Assembly: GCA_964187785.1 (NCBI GenBank)
Contig: OZ076409.1
Coordinates: forward strand, 21,082,001 to 21,146,000
Direction: 5' to 3'
DNA: 64,000 bases
DNA from: Amphiscolops sp. MND2022
Taxonomy: Eukaryota
A program made the translations under genes and the position numbers. Numbering within the stretch: the stretch's first letter is position 1; each line of letters begins with the position of its first letter. This document shows positions 47,251 through 61,100 of the stretch, piece by piece. The notes under the pieces are model-generated. The model saw only the letters and a program-made list of their open reading frames with translations, made no database searches and was not told the DNA's origin.

Positions 47251-50200
47251 TAAATTATAAAGAGGACAATCTCAGTGAAAATTATTGGAAAATCGAAAAA
47301 TCCCCAATGCTCAGAAATGATCATTAAAATTGCAAAGAAATGAAAAATTTTGCAAGTTAAAATTGTCAACCTTATTACATGGGAATTGTAATTGGACAAA
47401 GATATTGAGTGTTATAATTTCTCCGATCCAAAAATTAGGATTATTCATTATTGATTGTCATTATAAGGACACAAGATCCGGAATTGCCACAATGCCTGAA
47501 AAACTTTGTTCCTGGACTTTTGTTGAAAAAGGACATTATAAGCGATGAAAGTAGTTTAGAAAGATGTGAACCATGGCTAACATTTTTGTACGGATTACCA
47601 TGAAACTCAAAGTCTCATAGTGTTTAAAAATTTTTTTTAAAAAAAACTGTTTGGCCATAAAGTAGCTCATAAATATCACTAGAGTGATGAAATTCACCGA
47701 AAAGTCTTTCAGGGACAAAATTTCAGGGACGATCGTAATTTCAGGGACTACAAAAAATTTGGAAGAACACGTTTGTCATTGTTTCAAAAAACCGATACTC
47801 CTTATAACCGATCTTCGATTGTACCAAACAAATTTATCAAAACTTAAACGTGATTAATAAATGACTGTCAACGCATTCGTTTGAACCAAGGCTTCCAACT
47901 GTATTGGACTAGTTGAAACTGAAACTCAGCAGACTTCAATAGAGAATTGTAATTTACTTGGGAGCGCATTCAGCAATCAGATTCAAAACTGCGTGTTTGG
48001 TCTCTGTCAGTTTTAGATGTTTGCTATATCGCTGTTTCTAACTAATCGGATACAAAAAAGGTACTGAACCTATTATTCTTATGCTTTAACGAACGTTTTT
48101 GTAATACTTGTTCCAAAAACTGTTCGATGTATCTAATTTTTGGTTTGTTTGACAGTAGATTTTGGTTTTCTACCGATTCAATAATTTTTGAACGAATTTT
48201 TCTAAATAATTTCGAGAAGTCAACTATTTTTATTTTGAGTGTTATCAAATTCTTAGTTGGAATAAATCTGAATAGTTTCTGAGTATTGCCTCATTTATGT
48301 TCACTCTTTCTAACTGTCAGATTCCTTCGAGTTTCAGAAAAGTCTGAACTATGCATGATAATTTACTGAGAAAATTTTCCGAAATCTGAAGAGTATTCTG
48401 TCAAATTATGAACTTGTCAGAGTGACACATGAGAATGGAGGAACATAAGAACATTGAATTATTTTGCGAAAAGTAGGTAAGACTACGAATAGTTGCAGCA
48501 TGAATTAGGAGAAACTATTTTGTGGAATTACTAAACGGGGCTTATTGTTGATTCCCTGTTAATGATTTTGACGAAGTCAACGTTTATTTACACTAAAGGG
48601 GGGCGGACAACTGGGTTATGGCGCGGAGTTAATTTTTTCCTTATGAATCTTGCTGAACAGATTTGATGGCTTTAAGATTTCACGTGTATTTAAATGCTAA
48701 TTACTGGAACACTTTTGCAGGCAACTTATCAAAGGAGGAGAGGAGACACAAATATACATCTGGGCCCCATTTCACTCTGCACGCAACATGAATAAGCATA
48801 TTGCGCTTATTGCGCAAACTTCCTTCTTGAAACTCTCTCTGCAGACACATTTGCTCTCTTCCCAGTCGCCTCACTCCCAAGTAGACAAGTTTGTAGCTCT
48901 CCTCCAGAAGTGGGATAAGTCTGTGCAGATATTTGCACGGCCAGGAGACCTCCTCAAATTATAAATAATTTGAATTGTTTATCTCTTTGCAGTAAACCTT
49001 TTCAATCACTGCTTCTACTAATTCAATCTCAAGTAACATACATTAGTTTCATTAGTGAAGTTTCAACTTGGCCAACTTTTCAACTTTCATTCCAAGCTTT
49101 GAAGTTGTACCAATTCTGCGGAATTTTTCGAATTTTCTAAAATTACAACGTCAGTTTGCAAAAAGTCACAGTAACTTTCAGCCGAAAAAATCAAGAGCTT
49201 AGAAAATTATCAGGAAAAGGTTCAGGTCTTTGTTGTAAAGTTCCCTCTCGAAGAGGCTCCTAGAGAAATGTCCAAAGTTGAAATTCTGTTGAAAAACACC
49301 GTGCAGAGCATGTCAACTTTAAAAGAGACATTATTTTGTTCTATAAATTTTGCTTTGAAAACTACCACAGTTAAAAAATGCCAGGGTTTTCACCGATCAA
49401 TTTTTTGACTTCTTGTTGTCAACAAGAGCCAGGAGAAAACCTTGAATTAATTCTAAACCAAACAATGGGCAAAATTCTCCGAAGTATTTGTGTGTACTTA
49501 TCGATTTATCGTGAGAAAGCAACACTTTTAGTATAATGACGATAGCAAAATGTGTCGGGTTAATCTTATTGAAGTTAAAGATCCAGGCCCTGGTGGCAAT
49601 TATGATAGATATTATTAAGAAGTAGATAATATAATTTTTTTTAGTTTAGTAATTTTTGTAGAATGAAATTTGCTTGAGCAAGAAAATTTCCTTCGTAGAT
49701 TTTATCAAAAACAAGAGATGTATTGTTTTGTATGAAAAACAATCCGCAAACTCCCCAAGTCGGCGCTGCCTTTAAAGCTTGAAAAGCTCGTTGTCCTTCG
49801 AATCTTCTTAGGGATTCTTCTACAGAAAATGCTGAAAATTTGAGAGTTCCGGGACATATTCAGCGAGCAAAGGGTTGTGCTGACATACGCTTCCGTTGGA
49901 AATATCGAAAACATAATTAAAATCGATGAAATGAACAAATTTCAAAAAGCGCACAGAGCCGAAAATATTTTTTACAAACAGTAGTGTAGTGATCTTAGAA
50001 GCAACAAAAAGCAAATATCAAAATATCTCAAAAACATCATTGAATTTCGAGAGCGAAGCTTCTTAAGATTTTTACATAATTTTCAAATGTTTGTTGGAAA
50101 ATCATGCGGAGTTGGAACCGGGCCGGGCCTATGTTTCAATAGGTTTTGAACAAAAAGAGTCCGAATTAAATTCATTTTCTGTCTATTAGTAGGATTTTCA

Positions 50201-50737
50201 AAAGTTTTGACCGGGCCTGGTCCAACTCTGATTCATGCGATAAAATTTTTAAAAGCTAATTAAGGACCTTTTTCGCTAAATTTAATTCACAACAGAACTT
50301 CGCCTACTTTTTTTGCACGAACTTTCGAACTTTTTGAGAACGTTCATGTTCAATCGACCCGTGAGATCACCGAAGCCCCTAATGTTTCGATTCTGAAATC
50401 ATTTTGATTCTGAAATATGAAAAAAAATTGGCTGACAAAAATTCACGATCAAGATACCAATTTTGAAATTCAACGAATTGAAGCAACTCCATGCCAATAC
50501 AATTTACGAGGAAAATTCGTACTGTCAGATTCAAAAAAGGTTTGGGAGAAATTTCATGTCAAAACCATTTTGGAATCAAATAAATGTAAGTTGGTCAAAA
50601 CTACAAAATGAGCGCACGAGGCCCTTATTTCTTTCCGCATGCAGTTTTTCTTAATGCTACTATAGGAAAAAAATTACAAGAGGATGTGTAATATGCAGAC
50701 ATACCAAAAAGCATACGAGAATTGAACAGACTATGAT

Positions 50738-51079
50738 TTACAAGTCATTGTTTGAAACATTTCTCGTATTGCTGATCGATATTAAAACATGTGCTTCCGG
50801 CACATCCACGTCGTATGTTCCGTCCTCATTGCGGACACCATAGACGCCCTCGCTGCACTCAGGGATATTTACCTGGTGCCAACAATCACATCTGAAACCT
50901 ACACTCACTACGTTATCTTTGTGCTTTCCTATTGTGCTTTCATTCCAATGCATTTTTTTACACAGACACAATTTCGACCAATTGCATTGTTCGAGTCCGC
51001 ATAAAGGTAGATATATTTTTCTGCTTTTTGGACGGTCTGCTCTGTTTTGGCACCTCATATTATTACAGATTCGTTTCAT
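50738..51079 (-). CDS. Possible small Cys-rich protein (113 aa)
   Basis: ORF with 9 Cys, preceded by an acceptor (TTCCCTGTAG) and an upstream CAG|GTAAGT donor at ~51191, suggesting a spliced 5' UTR. No family recognised. Confidence 0.3.
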   Translation of the reverse strand: MKRICNNMRCQNRADRPKSRKIYLPLCGLEQCNWSKLCLCKKMHWNESTIGKHKDNVVSVGFRCDCWHQVNIPECSEGVYGVRNEDGTYDVDVPEAHVLISISNTRNVSNNDL

Positions 51080-52569
51080 ATTTTCAGATTTGCTACAGGG
51101 AAAGAAACAAAATCAAACAAAATAGTATACAATTCATAATAGGAAAAAGCCCCGTCACTGTCAAAGTCCAGTTTTTTTGAAATAAACTTACCTGAAATTT
51201 GGAGAGAGTGGAGTTTTGATGTTCTATTATTTTGCAAAAGAGCAAGTTACGGATTCAGGTTTGTCCGATTGAAAGAATCTAGAGTTGATGTTCGAAACTA
51301 TACATCATGCTGGAAAAGAAATGTACCGTAGTTTACAGTTCAATCAAAATTTGTTGATTGAGAACACTGTCATCTAGTTTTTTACGGATAGGTGACCTCC
51401 CTTGAACAAAACCGGTTTGGTTTATCGTGTGGTTAATGTACCATACATTTCAACAGTCTTCTTGTTCAGTCTTGCTTTTCCATGTTCAGTGTGAAGGTAG
51501 TGTGGGTTCTCGGCCCTCGAAGCGTAAACTTTTTGCTGTATCAGTTTTGCGTTCAAACAGAGCGCGGGATGTTAAGTTTGAAACGTGAAAAACTGGACTT
51601 TTACACGCGAAAGACTTTCTGAAGAGTTGGTTAGCATGAAGTTTTCTGTCAAACAACAACCATTCGTTTTATTGAAATTTGGCTCAGCTCAACTGCTACT
51701 TAAAGATAAATTGATGTAAAAGGTTCTCGAGAAAAGCGCTTTGGTTTTTTCTAATTTTCAACTGATTTCTATTCTAGCTGTTATGTTCAGATTCTCGAGG
51801 AAATTCTCGATGACTGCTGATATCTAGTCTGGCATAGTTTTTGGTATACTTTGCCACAATATTGAACTCCTTACAAAACTGTCTTTCATTAGAGATCCTA
51901 CAACCCACTTGCAACTGGTTATCAGATAAAACCGATTAGCAAAAAGAACCAAAGATTATCGAAAAAAACGGAAACTTTCAAACAATTAGACAAGAATTCT
52001 GTAAAAATGCTTGGCAATTTTGATCACATTGGCTATAAGACTCCAAGGCAGTAAAATGTGTATAAGTCTATATGGCACACATTATTTGCTGTTTGCATAA
52101 TGAACTCATTTCGTCAATAACATCTTTTTCACACAGAGGCGGAGGCGTGCTTCGCAAACACTTACGAACTTTTGAAGAAAACCACATAAGCAATATCATA
52201 CGGAGAACCAAGGGTAAAAAGACATCAAACTTTCATCAATTTTACAGCGCCAAAAAATACCAAAGGGATACGCATAGATCTCGAAAACCATTCTTCAAAC
52301 TGGAAACAGCAAAAAACCCATCTTTCTCATCGGAAAATCTTTTAAAAAACAGAAAATTGAGGAAAAAAATGTTTCGAAGTCGCATAGTGCCGAAAACATT
52401 GAGGAGTCCTTAACGCTCGTAAAACGTTTCGTTTTTTGTAAAAATTGAGGAGGGGCTTCGTTGAAAACAAATTTTAAAAAAGTCGCATAGAAAAAACAGT
52501 CTTTAAAGCAAAAATCGGATATAGCGTGCTGGACCTGAGAAAACCCAATTTCAATTATTCCTTTTGAAA

Positions 52570-52945
52570 AATCTCACAATGCCGAAAACTGTCAAAGGGG
52601 ACCTTTGAGATTCTTTAACAACCATTCTGTCGCAAAATTTCAAAAAAAATTGAAGGGAGAACCCTTTGGGGACATTAAAAAACTTTCGATAAAAAGTCTC
52701 ACAAAGACGAAAAGGGGGAAGTCTCATAGTGCCGAAAAAAGTGAGAACCTTCAGCTTTGGAATACTTGTAAAAAAATTAGCACATAGGCACGGGTTCGAA
52801 CACGAACCCTGTGGGTTGAAAAGCAAGCATCTTACCACTACACCACGAACGCCTGAACTATGCGACTTGCGGGCTGAAACGAGAGATGTCGCCCGGAAAA
52901 AAAGCAACCGCACTTTCCAATAACACTTGCTTATGGCAAGTGTAA
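52570..52945 (-). repeat. Repeat with HINE-type sub-repeats, a tRNA-Gly-like cassette (52780-52852) and a terminal hairpin, copy 2
   Basis: GCGTTCGTGGTGTAGTGGTAAG...GTTCGAACCC on the minus strand; ACACTTGC-N5-GCAAGTGT hairpin at 52923-52943. Confidence 0.62.
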
Positions 52946-54783
52946 CAAGACGCCCGCTGAGGAGCGGGATATTTTCCGCCCCGAACTGTTCTACAACTAC
53001 ATAAATTTGAGGCTCAAGAATAACTAATGCACTATAAAAACGCTGAGAAGTTCGAAAAAAAGAAAGCTTCGATTCATCTTGTCCATTTTTCTAATTCGCG
53101 GTGTCTCTCAAAAAAATGGCAAAAATTGCATAAAAACGTTTAAAAATGAGAAATTTGGGAATTTTTGTCATTAAGGGGTCATTTTGTCATTAAGGGGTCA
53201 TTTTCGTCATTTTTTAAAAAAAACTTCAAAAATCTCTACAAATACATATCGCACGAAGCTAAATTTATGTGGGTTGAATTCTATGGGTAACACCCTTAAA
53301 TTTAAATATAAATAAAATCTTGGCAAATTTTGTAAAAAAAAAAAAAAACCCGTTTGATTTAAATATTTTCCTTTCCCATATGAAATATGGGCGGAAAATA
53401 ACAAGTCGCTATTTAGTGTTAGATATGTAAACACAAAACTTAAGAATTAGCGCATCTGCTACTGGAAGTTTGCTTTCCACTTGGAATTTCTGAACGAACC
53501 TAATTTTACGAACCTAAAAAATGATGCGTTATGGTAATAATCCAAGACGTAAAAACCAAAAAAAAATTGACCATCAAATTTGATTAAAACAAGTCGGGAA
53601 GGGCTCATATCGACTGCCTGCTGGAGCCTCAAAAGGCGTTTAGAGTTCAAAATAGACCCACGGTTGATTTCTCCAGGAAGATGAACTTTCATTTGGGATC
53701 TTTATGCTTCCACGGGTGTAAAAATATCCATTTAAAAGCATTTAAGGGGGACTTTTTTGTCATATTTTTTCGTTTCGAAACTGAAAAAGTAACAGAAAAT
53801 TGAACGCAATAGCCGCGCATTTTTTGCTCAAAAAGCACCAACTAAAAAGAGAAAAATAAGAATAAAACAAACCGATCAAGTGGTTCATGTCAGACGTCTC
53901 GACTGTAAAACGTTGCCACTTCATGTTAAAGAAGAATGTTTTCCCGGAAAACTTGGAATTATGTCATCACATCAAAGCTTTATTATCGTGAGAAGTTCTG
54001 GAACCATCCACTCAGAAATACAAGACTTGCTACGACGACCACTTTTTGAATTTGTTCATCACATTTTGTCTTAGCAACTCAATATTTAGGGAACTTACGG
54101 ATACTGGATAGAAGCAAATCATAGTTGTGAATAAGTCAATTAGCAAATTAATTACTACTTCAGTGAATCTACTAATGCATTATATAGATTTATTACAAAC
54201 TTTACTTACAGTTGAGAAAACAAAGATAAAACAGCTAGTAAAGAAAGCTCCAAAATTGATTTTACCCACTCTTGGAAAACCGTCTTCGAAGTTCTCCAGG
54301 TTAAGGTCACTTCCAAGGTGATATATCTATTACTCTTCGTAGAACAAAAGAATATTCGAAAAGACTACAAATAAGCACAAAACCCAACAAACATCAGGAA
54401 AAAAATTAGGAAATATTAGGTTCACATAAAATATTGAGGCATCAAAATTTAAATGAAAAATCTACAAAAATATAGAAAAGAGAGAGGGAGTTGAAACTAT
54501 CAAAAATCCGAATTTGTAGTTCTGCAGCTAATCTACTAAAGTATAATAGAACGCGTCAAAAGGCTATAAGATAATCACAGCTTACTATCGTTTCAAGTGA
54601 AATACCATTTCTGCATCAACAAGTATGTGCGATACACCTGATTTGAAGTGAGACGAACATTGCCATGAACTATGCATGCTTCTCGCATTTCAGAGGTTTT
54701 TTCAATATTCGGAAATTCTAAAAATGAGCAACTTTTGACGCGTGCTAATATTTTGAGTTGAGCACAGACAGTTATGTGGTAAG

Positions 54784-55133
54784 CAGAGTTTTGACATCGC
54801 TAATTTTTTCGCTAATCGCTAAATCGCTTATTTCAAAATCACTATTTCGCTGAAAACTTTTTTCTTCCCACTGTGGATTGTTTGAATTCAAGAATGTTTT
54901 GAATATAAACGATAACTTAATTCAATTTTTGCAAGAAAAAAACTACTGTGGATTTTTAAACTGTGTGGATTTTACATATGAAGTTAGAATTTTCGAGATT
55001 CATTTTGAAACTCAGTGTATTTTCCGAGGAAATTTTGAATTTTAACAATCTATTAAATGCCGCCAATTTGAATAGCTGAAAAAATTCTGCGCGGCCGCTC
55101 GCTAATTGGCTGATAAGCGGTGTCAAAACTCTG
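54784..55133. mobile_element. hAT-type MITE (350 bp) at the 3' end of the LRIG gene
   Basis: TIRs CAGAGTTTTGACATCGCT / AGCGGTGTCAAAACTCTG and a perfect 8-bp TSD GTGGTAAG (54776-54783, 55134-55141). Confidence 0.88.
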
Positions 55134-55172
55134 GTGGTAAGATGTCTGCTGGCCCAACTGTGTGTGGTTTCA

Positions 55173-58100
55173 TCACGCGTTCGAATTGTGCTGACTGGGG
55201 GAGCTGGAGGATGTGTGGGGGTCGCTGTCCCAGTGACTGTCTTCCGTGTGCGAGGACTGCGAAGGGGGCAGACTGTTCTCGGGGTTCACTGTGAAACTCA
55301 TCGAACATGTCATCTCCAGAGGAGGTGGTGTCCTGAAAAATTACACTACTAGACTACATTATCCATTACAACGAAAACAAACCAATAGGACACAAGCCGG
55401 GAAAACTCAAAAATAGCAAAAGGATTTCAAAGTGTCTTTGGGATTTTTCAACATCCATTCTGTTGCAAAATATCAAAAAAATTGAAGGGGAACCTTTGGA
55501 GACATTAAAAATTTTCAAAAAAGTCTCATTGCTGAAAAAAAAATCGAAAAGGTGACCCTTTAGTCTCGTCCGGCATTGTGTTACGCTAAAAAAGGAAAAA
55601 CTATTCTAGTTCAGTTCCCTGGGCGAAATGGTACAATTTGGCCCCTTAAAATTTTGTAGCACTTTTGGTAGAACTATTTTGGTCAGTTCATGCGGATTCA
55701 AAAAAGTCAGTAGTATAGTGGCTTTCTATTTCATAAAGCGCCGACTAAAAAACATGTACGCAACTTCCCAACGATTGTAAAGTACGATTTTAAAATTTTG
55801 AAGGACAAAAGATATCAAGACATCATGAAAGAAGTTCACTTTTCCAGAACTATTTTCTTCCGGCCATTCAATATTGAGAAACTCAGTTTTAGGATATTTT
55901 GACTTCCCTAGCTTTACAGATAACGGATAACGAGCATTTCATTGATGTAGCGCTAATATATCAGAAAACACAGTCATCAAAATATACTGTTTTTCTTGCT
56001 AAACTTTTCAGAGCTTATAATTGACCAATATACACAACAGTGGCATAACCGCTAAGCATAATTCAGCTATCGCTACCGTTAATTATCAAAAGCAATAGGT
56101 ATCTATAGCTGCCTTTTAATTTGAAGAACTAAACTTTTCATCACTTTCTCTTCTGAAAATTTTTCAATCTGCAAGAAGAGAAATCTGCGGCAGAGGTCAA
56201 AAAATAAACCAACCATTTTCGCTTTTGGTGTCTAAATCCCCCCAGGTGCTTTTTGTATACATACTGAATTCAAAAAGTTATCAAGGCTAATTTTTTTTCG
56301 AACAAAAAGAACGATTTCGCGGAAATACGAATATTTCAGATAACAACGGTGACTAGCAGCGGTACGAATAATCTCAAAAACCTCTAGCTAGCGATAGCGT
56401 TAAATTTGAGTAGCGATCAAACCACTGTGGCACAACATGTATATATGCTACCTGTTGGAACAGGGAGGTCTAGGTGGATCTCTTCGAGGAGGTGTCGAAG
56501 CGTCTCGTTGAACTGCGAGCGATCTCAGATCGTGTTCGGACCTGTGAGACGGAACCGGCGTCTGCTTCTTGTTAGCTGAAGGGGGCTGACACGCGGATGT
56601 TTGTCGAGCGTAGTTTGGCTTCCAACAGCCTGGTACATTTTGTGACGAAGATGAGGAGGACTGCTGTTGCAGATGATACAAAGAAGTAGAAGGAGTCAAG
56701 TCTGAAGTGTAGTCCCTGCCTTGGGCGAAGCTACTCGAAGATTGCAATCCTGCAACAACAGTTGCCCATTTTACAACTTCTATATGCAGCTAGCCTAGTA
56801 AACTATCTGCTAAATGCATTTTGAACTTGCGACCCAATGGTATGAAACAAGTAACGAAGTTGAATTGAACAAAAAAGTGAAAAAAATGAACAAATTCAGT
56901 GAGAGACTGGAGAAAATGGGAAAAAAACTAGTCACTGAAATAACTATGCTTTTCTTGAAAACGTTCCGGCTAAAGACGAATTGACTAAAGTTCATCATCC
57001 GTAGAAAAACGATTTGTTGTAATCGATTTTTAAAACTAATTAAATTTTGACATTACTCCAAAAGTCTGATATTCTCTCCATCGTGTCGAATATTTTTGTC
57101 TCATTGGTTGTCAACCGAGAAACCCATATTTACCCCACTTCCTTTTTTAAACAATGTCATGCACATTGAGCATAAATGAATCCCATCCCAGACGGACAAC
57201 TTCCTTAACCTGTCTGCTTCGTTTAGGACGTGCTTACTGTTGGTGACAGACTTACTCTGAGATCGCGATCCGTGGTCTGTGTTTGTTCTGCGCCCTGGGA
57301 TTCTGCCCGTGGTGACGAAGCCCAGTCTGTTTTCCGTGATTTGAGGTAGTGTGCTTGAAATGAACGTAGAGCTGTCACAACTAGACTCACCTCCCGACAC
57401 TGACGCCTCGTTCGACGCCTTTACTGTTCTCCCATTGGCTGAAAAATATATTACAGTCTCAAAGGTTTTAGTGACGTTCTGCATTTGCAGTGCAGAATCG
57501 AATTATGTAAGATCGAAGGTAGCAAAATTATCAATAATCGAATTGTGACTTAATTTTGTCCAGGATCGAAAGAGGTGAAAATTTCATTACTATTACACTA
57601 TACATATAGTGCCCAAATGCAGAAGCGAAGCGACGAGCCACTACTTGACCTGTGCAGGTTTTGACGAAGGCCGGAAGGAAAAAGGCCGAATCATACAACC
57701 AATTTTGGTGTCGAAATTTAAAATGAAATTATCATTTTCAATCAATGTTTAATTCGATTCTAAATAATTTGACTCTAAATAAATTGTTGCAATTTTCGAT
57801 TCCAAATAATTCAACTTTGGAGAGGCAACTCAACGTTCTCACTGTGCAAAATTCATGAATATACATACATACAAGCCATAAACTGCAATTCGAAACGGGT
57901 AACATTTCAAAGATACTTTTGCACGGGAAAAGCTATCATGTTCTCAGAGAAAAAAAATGTATTGTTACGGAAAAATTATGGACGCTATCAAAACCTAAAG
58001 TTCAACATAAAAATCACAAGGAGCGACTGTTTTTAAAGATAATGCATGAATTTTAATTAAGCTTACTTTGGATTGGATGATTGAACGAGTGTGAATTAAT

Positions 58101-61100
58101 TGCATTGGAACAAATTCTGTCTGTCTCATTATTCGAGCAAGAAGGTCCCGATGCGGCCGTTCCTCCGGAAAGAGACACTCGTGTGCCATTGTTGTTGTCG
58201 CCGAGTGAAGGGCCTCCCTGGATGTTAGAGCCGAAGCGAGGTAGGGTAGGGGTGATTGCTGTGGAGGGTATCCCAGGTGTGAAGTTACCCCCCAGGTTGC
58301 TAGTGGAAGACAGGGGCGCCGGGCTGTTGGCCACACTGATTGCGTCATCCTCCAGGTCCATAATGTTGACATTTGGCTGGTAATTGTGGTCATGGAATCT
58401 GGCGTAGTGTCTGAGATACGAGGGTGTGTCACAAGAGCCCACCTTTGGAAGTCTAGTTGCCCTGCTGAAAAAAAAACGAACCAATATCAAACCAGTATAG
58501 TAGAATCGGCCCCTTCAATGCTAACTATGATCACCTTGGTACCTCAAGGTAGTTCGCATCTAAGTTCGTTTTCAGTCTACCTTCGGTTAAGGCCGAGCTA
58601 CTAAGTAGCTGATCTAACCTATTTTCTGCAACTGGAAGAAACTAACTTATAACTTTGTTTCCGAATAAATTATGACTTTGCGGCTCCCAGTTTATAATGT
58701 GTCCTTGAACTTGAATGTAACTGTGAACGCCATTCAAAAGTAGTTACCTTGAAGGATGTTGTTGGCACATGTTATTGTCAGTGTCTCTGCCACTGCTACC
58801 AGGTTCACTACTGGCCCCAGTGCTGTGTTCACTGTGCTCTGCAGTGGGTCTAGCAGCCGCAGATAAATTGGCACCCGTACGGTAGCCCCCGGTGTCGGAG
58901 AAATAGCTCTGGTTGCCCGCAGCAGGATACTGGTCAGAAGAGTTCTGAGACGATTCTACTATTGGCAGGTTAGCCGGACCTGCTATGAAGGCGTCGCTCA
59001 GCTCTAAACTAGCGAAGCTCGCACCTGTAATGAACATTCAGAACTTGAAAGTGCAAGAGCTGAAAAAAGCGCCACAAAACTCTAATTTTGTAGTAAATTC
59101 GAGAACCAATCGTCGTAGATTTTTCTTGTAAAAAGTGTCATCATTTTTGTGACCTACAACAAATTTTATAAACTCAGTTCTTTTTCCATGAAGGAAATCC
59201 CTTACCTGAATGTTCGATGGCCCCATCAGTGACGCTGTGATGCCTGTTAGAAGACAGGAAGTGTTCGTACGAAGTAGTCGACGTGATAAGAGGTCCGGAG
59301 AGAAAATGTCTGTCAGCTTCAGTTCTATCAGCCGAGGAAGAAGTGAACATGTTGGCAGGTCTACCAGTGAAGCCTCCACCCGCGGGATACCGACTATTAT
59401 CGAAAGCACAGTTCTGTAAATGGTGGAACTCTGGGACTATGGAGTTAGTGGAGACGTTGACTGTGCCTGCACCCGCCATGAACTGCAGGTTGTTGGGTCC
59501 CCCATAGGGGTAAGCGGCCGCTGTGTCCTTCACTGAGTTGGAGGCACATGAGATGCTGGCGTTGTCTAGCTTGTTAACGGCAGTGCCCAGGGCAAGGTTC
59601 GAGGAAGGACTACCGCCTGTCCGGAGGATGAAACTTCCACCGTCCACTGATCGGTCTGAAACAACATGACTTGCAAAATCGAAAACATGTAGGAAATGAG
59701 ACCCTTCTGGATGACAATTCATCGACGCCAAATAGAACATTTTTAAACAGCAAATTGACACTGATATTCCGCAGAAATATTCGCTGGAAGTTTATTCCTT
59801 CAAAATGACAGGCATATTCAGAGAAAATCATATGTTCAGTTAACTTTGGACCAAGAACTTAAGTATCATAATAAATAATAATGAAGAGAAACTTCAAGAA
59901 TGACATATTAAACACATGACTAACCATAACTATATGTCTGATTTCTTTTGCGCTTGGAACAATACAAACAGCTGACCCAAATTAGGGACGTCAAGACAAC
60001 GCAGAAAACCACTATTATGATGGTGACTCCAATGAAGACACTGAGGGGGGAACTGTTTTTGAATGGATTGAAGTCTCCTGATCCTCCTTTACCACCAGAG
60101 CCACTCCCATCTGTCCTCTTTCCATTTACGGGCAGGACTCTTAGTCTAGCAGAGTCCCTGGCAGTTCCTATCTTGTTGCGAATGATGCAAGTGTACAAAC
60201 CAGCATCTTGAAACTGGATGTTGCGAATGACCAACAACTCGTTGACCAGCATCAGGTAAGATTGATTAGGGTCTCCATTTCGGCTTTTGTTCAGAGCTGC
60301 CTGGTCAATCACTTTTCCGTCTTTCTGCCACACGAGAGTCGGTTTAGGGATGCCTCTGCTCACACAAGGGAGCACCAAGTTGTCTCCAACCTCTCGTTCT
60401 ACATCTGACAGTTTCTGCTCGAATGTGGGAATTTCTGCAAACAAAATGTCACAATGAATCAAAGTTCCTGGAACAAACTAGAATGCCAAGAAAACCAAAC
60501 TGAGTTGGTAGGAAAGGCTAAAAAATAGGAACATGTCCGAAACCCTTAAAATTGTATCTGAATTATTTTCCGCTGAATCAGATGCTACACGTACGTCTCA
60601 TTTTCAACAGATGAAAAGTTTGGGATCAATAAACATTAAAACTCCCATCTTCGGTTTGGAGAAACGTAAAAAGGAAAATGCGCTTCAACTTAAAAAGATT
60701 TTAAAAATTGCCTTGAGTCAGATTCGAATACATTGCTTATCTAGGAAACGCGCGGGATTTACCGCAATCTAAAAGGTTTCTATCTGAAAACGAGGCTTTA
60801 AAAAACTTTCCCCCATTTTTTATGACATTTCGCAGGGATTCAAGAGATGATTCACAAATGAACCAAAATTGTGTTAAAATGGTTCACTTGATTCAATCCA
60901 CATATCAAAAGCTTCGGTTAAGATTCATTCGAAAGGAATCCAGTAGAAAACTTAGAAGAAAAACAATCTGACTTCGCACAGAAGTGACTCCTTTCTTCGA
61001 ACCTACACATCCATAACTTTGAATTAAGCTCTATTGGAGAGAAATTGTGTTGTCTTTCGATTCGAATCAAGACACGACAAGAAAACATCGAGAAAAATTT

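Noticed and set aside
50108..50230. Small inverted-repeat element (GAGTTGGA...TCCAACTC)
   Set aside because: Probably a degenerate MITE, but the termini and TSD are too imperfect to call.
47090..52852. Functional tRNA genes
   Set aside because: Acceptor and anticodon stems do not pair properly and both copies are embedded in repeats.
53161..53212. 19-bp tandem duplication ATTTTGTCATTAAGGGGTC
   Set aside because: Ordinary local slippage with no further structure.
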